Below are positions 47,196 to 56,617 of a DNA stretch of 64,000 nucleotides, one piece after another (within the stretch, counting starts at the first letter, position 1; every line of letters begins with the position of its first letter). Position numbers and translations under genes: made by a program. The stretch covers positions 55,151 to 119,150 of the forward strand of contig JABMNI010000014.1 in assembly GCA_013204605.1 (NCBI GenBank). The letters are read 5' to 3'. The DNA comes from Ignavibacteria bacterium (GTDB lineage Bacteria > Bacteroidota > Ignavibacteria > Kapaibacteriales > Kapaibacteriaceae). The notes beneath the pieces are model-generated. The model made no database searches and was not told the DNA's origin. It saw only the letters and a list, made by a program, of their open reading frames with translations.

Positions 47196-48755
47196 ATGAA
47201 ACGCAGAAACTTTATAAAATCCACGGCCGCGGCCGCAGTTGGTTCGCAGGTACTTGGCGGAGTGCCAGTTAAGGCTTTCTCTCCGTTCGAACTTTCTGAG
47301 CAGATTCAGGGCGAAGACGACAAGATACTAATCGTAATCCAGCTATTTGGTGGGAATGATGGCCTGAATATGATTGTACCTGTAGATGATCCTGAATACT
47401 ACAAGGCTAGGCCAACCATTGCCGTACCTAAGGATAAGGCCGTGAAGGTGCTGGGTAATGTGTATATGCATCCGGCACTCGATCCAGCGAATATTTATAA
47501 TTTAAAACGAATGTTCGAAGATGGCCGGCTGGCCGTGATACAAGGTATTGGTTATGAAAATCCCAACCTTTCTCACTTTAGAAGCACTGACATTTGGTTG
47601 AGTGGTTTTAACTCCATCGATCCAGACAAGCGTTTGATTGATGGGTGGCTTGGTAGATATTGGGCTGATCAAATTCAGGGCTTCCCGGAGACCTTGCCAG
47701 ATCATCCAACGGCGGTGCAACTTGGCGGCACGCTGTCAATGTTACTACAGAGCCCGCAGGGAGACATAGGCATCGCTCTAACCGATCCGCAAAAATTCTT
47801 TGAGCTGGGACAGGGGCTTTCACCTGATCTTGATCGAATGTCCGAGGATACTCGCTACGGCAAGGAATTCAATTTTGTCCGCTTGGTTGCCGAGCAATCA
47901 GACAAATATTCCACGGTGGTTAAATCTTCATATGATAATGGCAAGAACTCTGTTACGTACCCGAAAAATGGATTTATTCAGCAAATGCAATTGATTGCAA
48001 AGCTTATTTCTGGCGGACTAAAAACCAAGGTGTTCTTGGTTCGCATGGGAGGGTTCGACACTCATGTGCAGCAACAGAATGATGATCTTACTGGACTCCA
48101 CCCATACCTAATGAACACATTGAGTTCAGGTATCGGATTGTTTATGCAGGATGCCCTTGCACAGGGTTTCGCCGACCGAGTTGTTGGAATGACGGTTTCG
48201 GAATTTGGCCGAAGGCCAGCCGAGAATGGTAGCCGAGGTACCGATCACGGTGCGGCCTCCATGCAATTTGTTTGGGGTAATAAGGTGCGAAGCGGCGTGT
48301 ACGGAAATAATCCCGACTTCACGAATCTCGACAATGGAGACTTCAGGTGGCAGTACGACTACCGCAGGATTTATGCCGATGTAATGGAAACGTGGTTTGG
48401 CGGCACTCCCGATGACACCGAACGAATCTTAGAAGAACGCGTTTTGCCATTGGGAGTTTTGCAGCGCACTACCTCCGTTCAGGATGCGTACGATGGAAAA
48501 ACACGTATCGAAATCAAGGCATTTCCAAATCCATTCACCTCCACGGCCACGTTAGAGTGGAACCAGGAAGTACCGGCCTCGGTCAAGATTGAACTCTATT
48601 CAACCACGGGAAAGCTGGTCGAAACAGTGTACATTGGTAGCGTCTCACCAGGTAGGGTAACCATCCCCGTTACAGCATCGGCATCGGGCTCCTACATATG
48701 CAACGTGATTGTGAACGGTGTAAGTAATACCGTCCCAATTTCTGTTCTACACTAG
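47196..48755 (+). CDS. DUF1501 family protein (alkaline-phosphatase-like superfamily) with an N-terminal Tat signal and a C-terminal T9SS sorting domain
   Basis: Twin-arginine motif MKRRNFIKSTAAAAVGS. DUF1501 hallmark LFGGNDGLNMIVP. The last ~85 aa (IEIKAFPNPFTSTATLEWNQEVPASVKIELYSTTGKLVETVYIG...GSYICNVIVNGVSNTVPISVLH) match the T9SS type-A C-terminal domain pattern. Confidence 0.65.
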   Translation: MKRRNFIKSTAAAAVGSQVLGGVPVKAFSPFELSEQIQGEDDKILIVIQLFGGNDGLNMIVPVDDPEYYKARPTIAVPKDKAVKVLGNVYMHPALDPANIYNLKRMFEDGRLAVIQGIGYENPNLSHFRSTDIWLSGFNSIDPDKRLIDGWLGRYWADQIQGFPETLPDHPTAVQLGGTLSMLLQSPQGDIGIALTDPQKFFELGQGLSPDLDRMSEDTRYGKEFNFVRLVAEQSDKYSTVVKSSYDNGKNSVTYPKNGFIQQMQLIAKLISGGLKTKVFLVRMGGFDTHVQQQNDDLTGLHPYLMNTLSSGIGLFMQDALAQGFADRVVGMTVSEFGRRPAENGSRGTDHGAASMQFVWGNKVRSGVYGNNPDFTNLDNGDFRWQYDYRRIYADVMETWFGGTPDDTERILEERVLPLGVLQRTTSVQDAYDGKTRIEIKAFPNPFTSTATLEWNQEVPASVKIELYSTTGKLVETVYIGSVSPGRVTIPVTASASGSYICNVIVNGVSNTVPISVLH

Positions 48756-48785
48756 GTGTTTCGTACACTTGACGAATACGAGGGC

Positions 48786-48817
48786 ATCCCGTTGGGTGCC
48801 TTTTTTTATAGCACCTA
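48786..48817 (+). terminator. Rho-independent terminator after the DUF1501 gene
   Basis: GGCATCCCG-ttg-GGTGCC hairpin (one G-U pair) followed by TTTTTTT. Confidence 0.55.
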
Positions 48818-48833
48818 ACTTACCCCTACACTT

Positions 48834-50357
48834 TTGGCTAGCAGAAGAGAATTCATAAAAGCAATTATGGTTGGCACTGGGGCAGTGTACGCCGTTGGTA
48901 TAAGCGGTTGTAAGCGTCCCGCCGAGGTGACTTTGGTTAGCGCAGCAAAAAGGAATTTCGGAACTCCACTGTACAAGGTTGCACACGCGTTAATTAGAGA
49001 TGGTGGTGCGCTGCCTCGAGTTTCAAAAAAAGTAAACTGTGATTACGTTGTTGTTGGAACGGGAATCTCCGGACTCACAGCTGCACTCTCACTGCAAGCT
49101 GAAGGCAAACATGTTGTAGTAGTAGAAAGCGAAAATCGAGCCGGCGGTACCGCGGTCAGCGCAAACTTGGCAGGCAGCAAGGTCCCTCTTGGAAGCGTAT
49201 ACTTCGTTGATAAAACTCCGGAAATTGAAATGCTCCTTAGTGTGGGCAAGATAAAACCTACCGTGTGTCCGGATGATGCCTACGACTTTGGAACCGGCGA
49301 GCTTATCCGTGATTTGTGGTCAGACGAAACGTTAAACAACGCCATTGCGGACAGTTCCGACCGCGATGGCATGTACCGCTTTCGAGATTATGTTAAGGGG
49401 CTAGGTGATTCTCTGCCTTTGTATCCGCTACCCGAAACTTTGAATAGTGAACTGGCAAAATTTGATATTCAGGCCGAGTCGTGGGTAAAGAAATTTGATT
49501 CGCGAACCTTACTTACCATTCTGAACGCCTATTCAAGATCTTCGATGGGTGGATTGTTGCAGCGCACGAATGTGTATTGTCTGCTGAATTTTTACTCTTC
49601 AGAGTTCGGCGAAGGCACAACCGCTAACCGATACACTTTCCCAGGTGGCACCTCCGCTTTGGTTGATGCAGTTACGCCAAGTTTGCACGACATGAGGTAT
49701 GGTCAACTCGCAGTTCGCGTAGCAAATTCCGCTAGCGGTGCGTATGTTGACTGTGTTGGTGCCGATGGTACCTTAACGAGATACGAAGCAAAAAAAGTAA
49801 TTTTTGCAGGCGGAAAATTCCAAGTATCACGACTTATTGAAAATTTACCCACGGCCCAGAAGTTGGCATGCAGCAAGTTGGAATACGCACCTTATATGAC
49901 GATTCACATCGTTAGCGATCATCCACTCGTGCAGAATAATGTGTACGACACATGGAATCTAACCAGCGAGTTTGAAACAGATGTGGTGAATCCAAGAAGT
50001 GTATTTGGTTCAACACTCGACAAACATGTAGCCTCGTTGTTTATTCCCATGGACCAATTTATGCGCGTGCAACTACAAAGTGAAGAGCTCTTTGCTCGTC
50101 GTGCCGGTGAAATTGTAGACAGGTTTATTAATACTCGAACCCCAGATCAACAAGCCTCGGTCCGAGAAGTATATTGCTGGGGATGGGGTCATGGAATGAT
50201 CATTCCCACCCCTGGTTCGCATTCAGGCATTGCTCAAGATGCCTCACGTCAGTTCGAAAACATAGTGTTTGCCAACACCGATTGCGATGCATCCCCATCC
50301 ATCGAGAGCGCTGCCCAACGTGGCGGGCTAGCAGCCATACAGGCACTCAGTACGTAG
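48834..50357 (+). CDS. FAD-dependent oxidoreductase (amine-oxidase/PPO-like Rossmann) with a Tat signal, possibly a Tat lipoprotein
   Basis: TTG start gives MASRREFIKAIMVGTGAVYAVGISGC. This is a near-consensus Tat motif (SRRxFIK) followed by a lipobox-like ISGC. The FAD-binding motif is DYVVVGTGISGLTAALSL...VVESENRAGG. Confidence 0.65.
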   Translation: MASRREFIKAIMVGTGAVYAVGISGCKRPAEVTLVSAAKRNFGTPLYKVAHALIRDGGALPRVSKKVNCDYVVVGTGISGLTAALSLQAEGKHVVVVESENRAGGTAVSANLAGSKVPLGSVYFVDKTPEIEMLLSVGKIKPTVCPDDAYDFGTGELIRDLWSDETLNNAIADSSDRDGMYRFRDYVKGLGDSLPLYPLPETLNSELAKFDIQAESWVKKFDSRTLLTILNAYSRSSMGGLLQRTNVYCLLNFYSSEFGEGTTANRYTFPGGTSALVDAVTPSLHDMRYGQLAVRVANSASGAYVDCVGADGTLTRYEAKKVIFAGGKFQVSRLIENLPTAQKLACSKLEYAPYMTIHIVSDHPLVQNNVYDTWNLTSEFETDVVNPRSVFGSTLDKHVASLFIPMDQFMRVQLQSEELFARRAGEIVDRFINTRTPDQQASVREVYCWGWGHGMIIPTPGSHSGIAQDASRQFENIVFANTDCDASPSIESAAQRGGLAAIQALST

Positions 50358-50590
50358 TAACATAGCCACGGTGGGTTAGTTTGCCAAGAAATGAATTCTG
50401 GCTTATGTATAAACTACCTGGTTTGAACCTCAATGCGCTTTCAATTCACCCACAATTCAAGCCCACGCAATCAACATTTGCATTAATGTGTGAACTTCAT
50501 GCGTCATTGGAACCTAAACTAGTCAACCCTCAAGTGAGGCGTGGCTAGAGATTATCTTTGCAGGCAAACATAATCTTGAAAGGATTCATT

Positions 50591-51316
50591 ATGCAAAAAC
50601 CATTGAAGGTGATAATGTCAATTGTTCTGACAACTACCTTGGTCTTAGTTGGGTGTACAAGCAGCACTACGCCAGCGGGATCAGGCAAAATGTCAGTTAC
50701 CTCGTCTTTAAGTGCTACCAGCGTGAATTCGGTTAATTCATCAGTAAAAGGAAACAACTCCGTCCAGGCAGTTGATTCAATTTCAGTTCAGAGGCTTCGA
50801 ATTCTTTTTTCTCGGATAAAGGCACATACAAATGATACCTCCGAAGGAAACGGAAAAAGTATGAAGGTAGGTCCCGCGATGTTAACGTTCACTGATGTTA
50901 CCACCTTAGTCTTTGCTACCGACCTTCCGGTTGGAACGTATCAGCGACTTAAGCTTGAGATGCACAAGTTTTCTTCAAGCGAAGCGAACACGTATAAAGG
51001 CGATCCGGTGTTTGGAGACTTCGCGTACCCGGAAAAACTGACTGTCATAATTGATGGTACGCAATACAAGGATGGTGTTAGCACGCCGTTCACGCTAACG
51101 TTCGATGATACTGAGAACTTCTGGTTGATCTTTACAGATCCACTAGTAGTTACAGAAGGTGGAACTGCAGAAGCAATCTTGGAATTGGATATTGCCGAAC
51201 TGTTTAGAGTTTCAGGTGTTGTAATTGACGTAAATGATCTAGACAACCGTAAGGATCTTCGCAAGAGACTTAAGCAAGCGTTTAAGCTTCACAAGAAAAA
51301 AATCGTTGTCGGATAA
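50591..51316 (+). CDS. Hypothetical lipoprotein
   Basis: ORF 50558..51316. I prefer ATG 50591 (MQKPLKVIMSIVLTTTLVLVGC, lipobox LVGC), which is preceded by AAGGA. Ser/Thr-rich region after the Cys. Confidence 0.55.
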   Translation: MQKPLKVIMSIVLTTTLVLVGCTSSTTPAGSGKMSVTSSLSATSVNSVNSSVKGNNSVQAVDSISVQRLRILFSRIKAHTNDTSEGNGKSMKVGPAMLTFTDVTTLVFATDLPVGTYQRLKLEMHKFSSSEANTYKGDPVFGDFAYPEKLTVIIDGTQYKDGVSTPFTLTFDDTENFWLIFTDPLVVTEGGTAEAILELDIAELFRVSGVVIDVNDLDNRKDLRKRLKQAFKLHKKKIVVG

Positions 51317-51337
51317 GTAAAGTTCGTGCAAAAAATA

Positions 51338-51371
51338 AAAGAGACCGCTCAGTGAGCGGTCTCTTTTTTTT
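51338..51371. terminator. Bidirectional rho-independent terminator
   Basis: GAGACCGCT-cagt-GAGCGGTCTC hairpin. It is followed by T8 on the plus strand, and by TTTTATTTTTT on the minus strand downstream of tRNA-Leu. Confidence 0.75.
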
Positions 51372-51372
51372 G

Positions 51373-51456
51373 TGCGGAAGACGGGACTTGAACCCGTACG
51401 CCCTTGCGAGCGCCACCCCCTCAAGGTGGTGCGTCTGCCAATTTCGCCACTTCCGC
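51373..51456 (-). tRNA. tRNA-Leu (anticodon GAG), type II with a long variable arm
   Basis: rc = GCGGAAGTGGCGAAATTGGCAGACGCACCACCTTGAGGGGGTGGCGCTCGCAAGGGCGTACGGGTTCAAGTCCCGTCTTCCGCA. Acceptor stem GCGGAAG/CTTCCGC. Anticodon loop TTGAGGG. T-loop GGTTCAAGT. Confidence 0.8.
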
Positions 51457-51518
51457 GCAGGGGGAGCAAATATAAAGGAAATTGCCACAGCTTCTACTTT
51501 ACCCAAGCCGTTTCAATG

Positions 51519-53759
51519 TTACCTGCGCACCATCAACTTTGCAATTGTACTCTGACCCGATGTAGCACTTGTTGCATGAATCAAGTACACACCCGGTGGA
51601 ACTGTTCTACCTAACGTGTCGGTGCCGTCCCACGTTGTTTGCTTTCCCTTGGTCTGAAAAGCGGTTACCAAGAAACCGCCCGTGGTCATAATCCGAATAT
51701 CCGAATCAGCCGCTAGTCCATTAATTATCACTTCATTATCTAGTTGTGGGCTGAATGGTTGAGGGTGAATTTCAATATTGTAATCAGCTACCGGTTTGAT
51801 TGAAGATGACCTAGCCACAGTGCATCCGTAACTCGTTCCAAAGTAAGCCAGCCCTGTTTTATCATCAACGGCGATACACCGAATGTTATCATCAAGTAAT
51901 GGTGCATTTGACTTTGACAAACTCAACAAAACTTGCGTTCCATCTTCGTTTAAAACAAAAACGCCAGTCGAAGTGGCAACCCATTTATAGTTCAACGCAT
52001 CAACATATATGTCATTTACCACGGCCGATGAAAGCAACGAAATGCGACGCACGTATGGAACGGTGGTGTTACTTAATTGGGAGGGGGCTGAAATCACGGC
52101 TACACCTTTTGGAGTACCAATCCATAACGATCCCGATTTGTCTATTCGTAAAACGTTGATCACGTTATCTGGTAATTGCGTATTTGATGTGCGGATGTAA
52201 TTACAAACGTCATCTGAGGAAATGTCAACGTTGCGCTCATTAAATCCCACTATGCCAATTCCAGCAACACTGCCAATCCATTTATTGCCCGCCCCATCAA
52301 CAGCGATTGATCTGAACAATGTGCTGCCGGGGTCGACGCAATTTGGAAATGATTTAGAGGTTTCGTCTTGGTTAAGCTTAACCGCAAGTACCGACGCGGA
52401 TTGTTCGTTCACAATCCAGGTATTGCCTTGACGGTCTTGCGCTACGTCGGCAACCAGGAGATAATTCGGATCGGCTGCAATACCTTGCAGCACCGAATTC
52501 TGCGAGTTGAATAACTTAAACTGAATTTCGCCATCTACTTTTTTGGCTTGCACAGCCCCCTTCCCCCAGGTGCCAATCCAAATAGAACCGTCGGCCACGG
52601 CTGAAACACGGTAACATGCTCTGGTTTGAATTTGTGGTGTGTTGGAAGTGTTGAAATTTTGCCAATTGGTTCCATCAAAGTAGGAAACGCCTTCGCCAGC
52701 GCGAGGTGGTTCAACATCAGTTGCTACCCAAAGGCCACCATCGTTGTCGAGGGCGATGCGCGCAAACTGATTGGATACCGGCGAGTTGATTTTTACCGAA
52801 ATCAGACTGTCTAGATTAGAAATCTCTAGCCCTTTTCCAACTATGAATCCAATGAAGTGTACCTTTCCATCTTTAACTATGGTTGAATGGCCGAGGAGCT
52901 CGTTCGACCAGCTGATTACTATTGGCTGGGCAACCGAAACAATGCCACCAGATGAGGAAACGTATAACTGATTTTCGGAAATACTAATTCCGTTAACGGG
53001 CTGTGAAGTAGTTACTAGTGAAGAAAATATTGAACCCGTCCAGACTAAGGCTTGCGAAGCACATCCAACGTACAGTTGCGACTGTGCAGACGTAATGAAA
53101 CTAACCTTCGAAGTGGGAAGTCCGCTGACGGTGTCGTATACACTCCAAACCGTGGGAAGTCGGAGGGTGTTAACATTCAAAGGAGCCACGGCCATGCCGG
53201 AATCTGTTGCCACCCAAATACTGTCACGAAGAATTACTATACCATTGACGGCTGTTTTTTCTTGCAGGCGTCCAATTCGATCTATCGTCTCAACAAATAC
53301 TTGTTGTTTGGTATTGTAAAGTAGTACCCCTAAGTCTGAAGCGATAAATAATGTGTCGCCTTTTTTCGCGAACCCTCGAATTGTTCGGCGCTGATATTGT
53401 GAAGCCCGGGAAATGTCGGTGATGTTTGTCCATTTGCCGTTTGCGGTGGCTATATCTAAACTCCCGTTTTCGCCCCCTACATATATCAATGAATCTGCTG
53501 GGTCGAAAAATATTGCGGTGGCATCCAGCGACAACATCGCATCGATGTTGCGATATTCTGTAACTGGCGTATTCTGATCCGTGTATACAAACACGCCTCC
53601 CGAAGTGGCGGCCCAAATTCTACCTGTATGATCCAACGCAACTGCACGCACGGACCTGAGGCTGGAAAGTGTTAAATACGATGAGACCTGCACAGATTGA
53701 GCTGTAGCGGTTCCGGCAATCACACACAGCGCAACGCAGCACAAAAGGTGTTTCAGCAT
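51519..53759 (-). CDS. Secreted beta-propeller protein (two-component-regulator-propeller-like repeats) with a T9SS C-terminal sorting domain
   Basis: 746 aa with a signal peptide. Many repeats of the W(I/V)(A/G)T type (RIWAATSGG, LWVATDV, IWIGTWG, LWIGTPKG, KWVATSTG). The C-terminus ...IEIHPQPFSPQLDNEVIINGL...TTWDGTDTLGRTVPPGVYLIHATSA...KLMVRR matches the T9SS CTD. Confidence 0.7.
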   Translation of the reverse strand: MLKHLLCCVALCVIAGTATAQSVQVSSYLTLSSLRSVRAVALDHTGRIWAATSGGVFVYTDQNTPVTEYRNIDAMLSLDATAIFFDPADSLIYVGGENGSLDIATANGKWTNITDISRASQYQRRTIRGFAKKGDTLFIASDLGVLLYNTKQQVFVETIDRIGRLQEKTAVNGIVILRDSIWVATDSGMAVAPLNVNTLRLPTVWSVYDTVSGLPTSKVSFITSAQSQLYVGCASQALVWTGSIFSSLVTTSQPVNGISISENQLYVSSSGGIVSVAQPIVISWSNELLGHSTIVKDGKVHFIGFIVGKGLEISNLDSLISVKINSPVSNQFARIALDNDGGLWVATDVEPPRAGEGVSYFDGTNWQNFNTSNTPQIQTRACYRVSAVADGSIWIGTWGKGAVQAKKVDGEIQFKLFNSQNSVLQGIAADPNYLLVADVAQDRQGNTWIVNEQSASVLAVKLNQDETSKSFPNCVDPGSTLFRSIAVDGAGNKWIGSVAGIGIVGFNERNVDISSDDVCNYIRTSNTQLPDNVINVLRIDKSGSLWIGTPKGVAVISAPSQLSNTTVPYVRRISLLSSAVVNDIYVDALNYKWVATSTGVFVLNEDGTQVLLSLSKSNAPLLDDNIRCIAVDDKTGLAYFGTSYGCTVARSSSIKPVADYNIEIHPQPFSPQLDNEVIINGLAADSDIRIMTTGGFLVTAFQTKGKQTTWDGTDTLGRTVPPGVYLIHATSATSGQSTIAKLMVRR

Positions 53760-53816
53760 ATGTAAATCCTCAGGAAACTGTTAACGGAAGGCACAATCAA
53801 CGTTACTACTAGTTTT

Positions 53817-54308
53817 TTATGATTGCGAATCTGAAATCTTATCGATGGCTTGAATAGTCTCCAACGTGGATAACGCCACTTCGTAGCCCTTATTCCCATA
53901 CTTGGCACCGGCACGGTCGAGTGCTTGCTGCTCGTTATTGGTAGTTAGCACACAAAAGCCAATCGGAATACCTTCCTCGATTGCCAGTGTTTGCAAGGCA
54001 TGCGAAACGGGCTCAGCCACATATTCGAAATGCGCGGTCTCACCGCGGATTATTACGCCAATTGCGATAATTCCGTCGACATCTTTATTAATCAATAAGT
54101 GCTTGACGATTACGGGAATCTCAAAACTGCCTGGACAATGCACCACCTGAATATTCCGCTCCGATATCCCACACTCCAAAAGGCCGTCACGGCATCCGGA
54201 AAGCAAGGCCTCGGTAATATGTGGGTTCCATCTGGCAACCACGATGGCAATTCGTTTATTGCTCGAGTTGAATGAGACGGGGGCGGTTTGAAAAGCTGAA
54301 GTTGACAT
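53817..54308 (-). CDS. ribH: 6,7-dimethyl-8-ribityllumazine synthase
   Basis: RIAIVVARWNPHITEALLSGC..., GSFEIPV, and GVIIRGETAHFEYV match the lumazine synthase pattern. Confidence 0.85.
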   Translation of the reverse strand: MSTSAFQTAPVSFNSSNKRIAIVVARWNPHITEALLSGCRDGLLECGISERNIQVVHCPGSFEIPVIVKHLLINKDVDGIIAIGVIIRGETAHFEYVAEPVSHALQTLAIEEGIPIGFCVLTTNNEQQALDRAGAKYGNKGYEVALSTLETIQAIDKISDSQS

Positions 54309-54309
54309 A

Positions 54310-55161
54310 CTAAATGGAAGTGCGAACCTTTCGTTTGGTAGCTTTAATATGTATTGCCGTGTGAAGTTCTTCGGTTACACCAAAGGTCCCGAAATTATAT
54401 TCGTCGTATTCTCTTGTGCCGTGAAAATCTGATCCGCCTGAAATTAACAAACCGTGTTGCTCGGCTAATACTCGATAGTATTCCCTAGTAACGTGCCACT
54501 GTGAAGGGTGGTACACTTCTATCCCATCAATACCCGATGCTACAAGAGTGAGAAACATTCTCGGATCCATATAGGTTTTTCCCGGGTGCGCTATTACGGC
54601 TACGCCACCGGCTGCTTGAATGAGATCGACGCCTTCCTTAACGCTGAAATCTGATTTGGCAACGTAGGCCGGACCCGTTGCATCCAAGTACATGTCGAAT
54701 ACTCGTTGGGTGTCCGGACAGAACCCTCGTTTTACTAAGCCAGAGGCTATGTGAGGTCGGCCGATAGGTGCCGATCCAGACTCAGCGCACACTTCTTCAT
54801 ATGAAATATTCACGTTCAGTTTGGCCAGCTTTTGGATAATCTCCTTAGCTCGACGCTCTCTGTCGGCCCTGAACAATCCTTCTCGTTCCAACAGTGCCGG
54901 ACTCTCGAAGTCCATGTAATAACCAAGCAAGTGGACGTCGCGATCGTTTTCGTAACACGATACTTCGATGCCAGGAATAACCCGCACCGAGCCGTTGTAG
55001 CCCTCGCGCTTGAGTATTCGATGCGCTTCCATAGTGTCATGATCCGTAATCGAAATGGCTGTAAATCCGGCAAACATTGCCTTTTCTAGCAGCTCTTCAA
55101 TTGTCAGTTTACCGTCGGAGCAGGTGGTGTGTGTGTGTAAGTCAGCGTAAAGCGATGTCAT
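54310..55161 (-). CDS. PHP-domain phosphoesterase (TrpH/YciV-like)
   Basis: DLHTHTTCSDG at the N-terminus, ITDHDT, VIAHPG. Polymerase-and-histidinol-phosphatase fold. Confidence 0.75.
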   Translation of the reverse strand: MTSLYADLHTHTTCSDGKLTIEELLEKAMFAGFTAISITDHDTMEAHRILKREGYNGSVRVIPGIEVSCYENDRDVHLLGYYMDFESPALLEREGLFRADRERRAKEIIQKLAKLNVNISYEEVCAESGSAPIGRPHIASGLVKRGFCPDTQRVFDMYLDATGPAYVAKSDFSVKEGVDLIQAAGGVAVIAHPGKTYMDPRMFLTLVASGIDGIEVYHPSQWHVTREYYRVLAEQHGLLISGGSDFHGTREYDEYNFGTFGVTEELHTAIHIKATKRKVRTSI

Positions 55162-55541
55162 AATTCTTCTTTAACAAACCAAGCTTTTTTGATTAGTCCA
55201 TTCTCTACAAAATAGGTAGCAACTGCGTGCACTTCCTTGGCGCTACTAAGCCCCGTAACCAATTCTTCGTCGTAAACAAACGCCCCACAACACACTCGCG
55301 AAACAAGTTTGCAGTGCAGATTTCGATTGTTTTCAAACAATATTTGGTAACGGGCTTTAAGTTCTCCAATTCCGTTGCAAAACACTTGACCAGTAAGAAG
55401 ATCTATCAGCTCGATGGATTCATGGTATATGGAAACGAAGGCATCTATATCTAACGCATTGTATGCATCAAGCTGTGCTTGAGCGCACATTGTGGCACTT
55501 CGTTCTATTGGTGTATTCATTAGCAGGCAAAAATACGGCAA
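55158..55541 (-). CDS. Hypothetical small protein, possibly NTF2/SnoaL-like fold
   Basis: 127-aa ORF (start may be the internal Met MNTPIER). There are no strong motifs. The fold guess rests on size and hydrophobic pattern only. Confidence 0.3.
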   Translation of the reverse strand: MPYFCLLMNTPIERSATMCAQAQLDAYNALDIDAFVSIYHESIELIDLLTGQVFCNGIGELKARYQILFENNRNLHCKLVSRVCCGAFVYDEELVTGLSSAKEVHAVATYFVENGLIKKAWFVKEEL

Positions 55542-55564
55542 TCACACAATTACGATCGTGATTA

Positions 55565-56617
55565 CTATGTAGAACGCAGAATGTTGGCCACCATGGTTTG
55601 CAATACCAGTAGGGGATCGGTGGATGTAGATTTCAGAATTGCCTCGGTTTTTCGGAGCTCATGTAAGGCTCGCTCAACTCTTTGCGGACCCAATGCATCC
55701 AGCGCAGACAAATGATCGCCAACAGCAAATGGCGGAATGCCCGCAGTCTTAGCCATGAGCTGCCGGTCGGAGCTGCCTCGTACATCGATCAACTTCAACA
55801 ACGCCACAAAGTATCTGGCTAACATGGTTAGAATCAACATTTCCTGGCGTTCGTTCGACATCATTTTAGAAATTATAGTGAGAGTCTGAGCGGCATCGGC
55901 CCTGCCAAAGGCTCGCTGTAATTCGAAAACGCTATTCGATCGTTCCGTGCCAACCACAGCCAGCACATCGTCCTCGGATATTTTTTTCTTATCACCAATA
56001 AACGTCAATACTTTTTCTAATTCGGAATTCAACTCGCGAACGGAATTTGCCGTTCTCATTACCAAGAAATCTACCACCTGTGGTTCAATCTCGATTTGCA
56101 AACTCTTGCACTGTTCAACTAACCAAGCAGACAACTGCCGATCCTTCATGGCTGGGAATTCAATCCACGAAGCCCCCTCCAAAAGTTTGTTGAATGGATA
56201 TTTCTGAGCGGACACTTTGCGTTTAATCCCGTCGGGGCTTTTGGCCTTGGCGGCACCCATTCCGGCGGCGCCCGCTAAGGTTGCCGTGAGTAACAAAAAG
56301 GTTGAAGGCATTGGATTGGTGAGATACTCAGCCAGTACGTCGCCCGCTTTTTTGTCCTTGGTGCCAATGTACCTATCGCAATGCTTTACCCATATAACGC
56401 GCTTGTCCGACATCATAGGAAATGATTTAGCAAGACCCAATACTTTGTCGATAGGGGCAGATTCCGCGTCCATTACTTCGCAGTTCATTTGCGTAGCATC
56501 CATAGCACTTGCTGCGTCGTACAATTTTTGTGCAGATTCCTGAACAAGAAAATCCTCTTCGCCAAACACCAGCAGAACGGCAGGATAGTTCCCACTTTTA
56601 ATAATCTCTTTTATCAT
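55565..56617 (-). CDS. holA: DNA polymerase III subunit delta
   Basis: 350 aa. The N-terminal block (NYPAVLLVFGEEDFLVQE...) and the C-terminal helical domain match HolA. Confidence 0.7.
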   Translation of the reverse strand: MIKEIIKSGNYPAVLLVFGEEDFLVQESAQKLYDAASAMDATQMNCEVMDAESAPIDKVLGLAKSFPMMSDKRVIWVKHCDRYIGTKDKKAGDVLAEYLTNPMPSTFLLLTATLAGAAGMGAAKAKSPDGIKRKVSAQKYPFNKLLEGASWIEFPAMKDRQLSAWLVEQCKSLQIEIEPQVVDFLVMRTANSVRELNSELEKVLTFIGDKKKISEDDVLAVVGTERSNSVFELQRAFGRADAAQTLTIISKMMSNERQEMLILTMLARYFVALLKLIDVRGSSDRQLMAKTAGIPPFAVGDHLSALDALGPQRVERALHELRKTEAILKSTSTDPLLVLQTMVANILRST

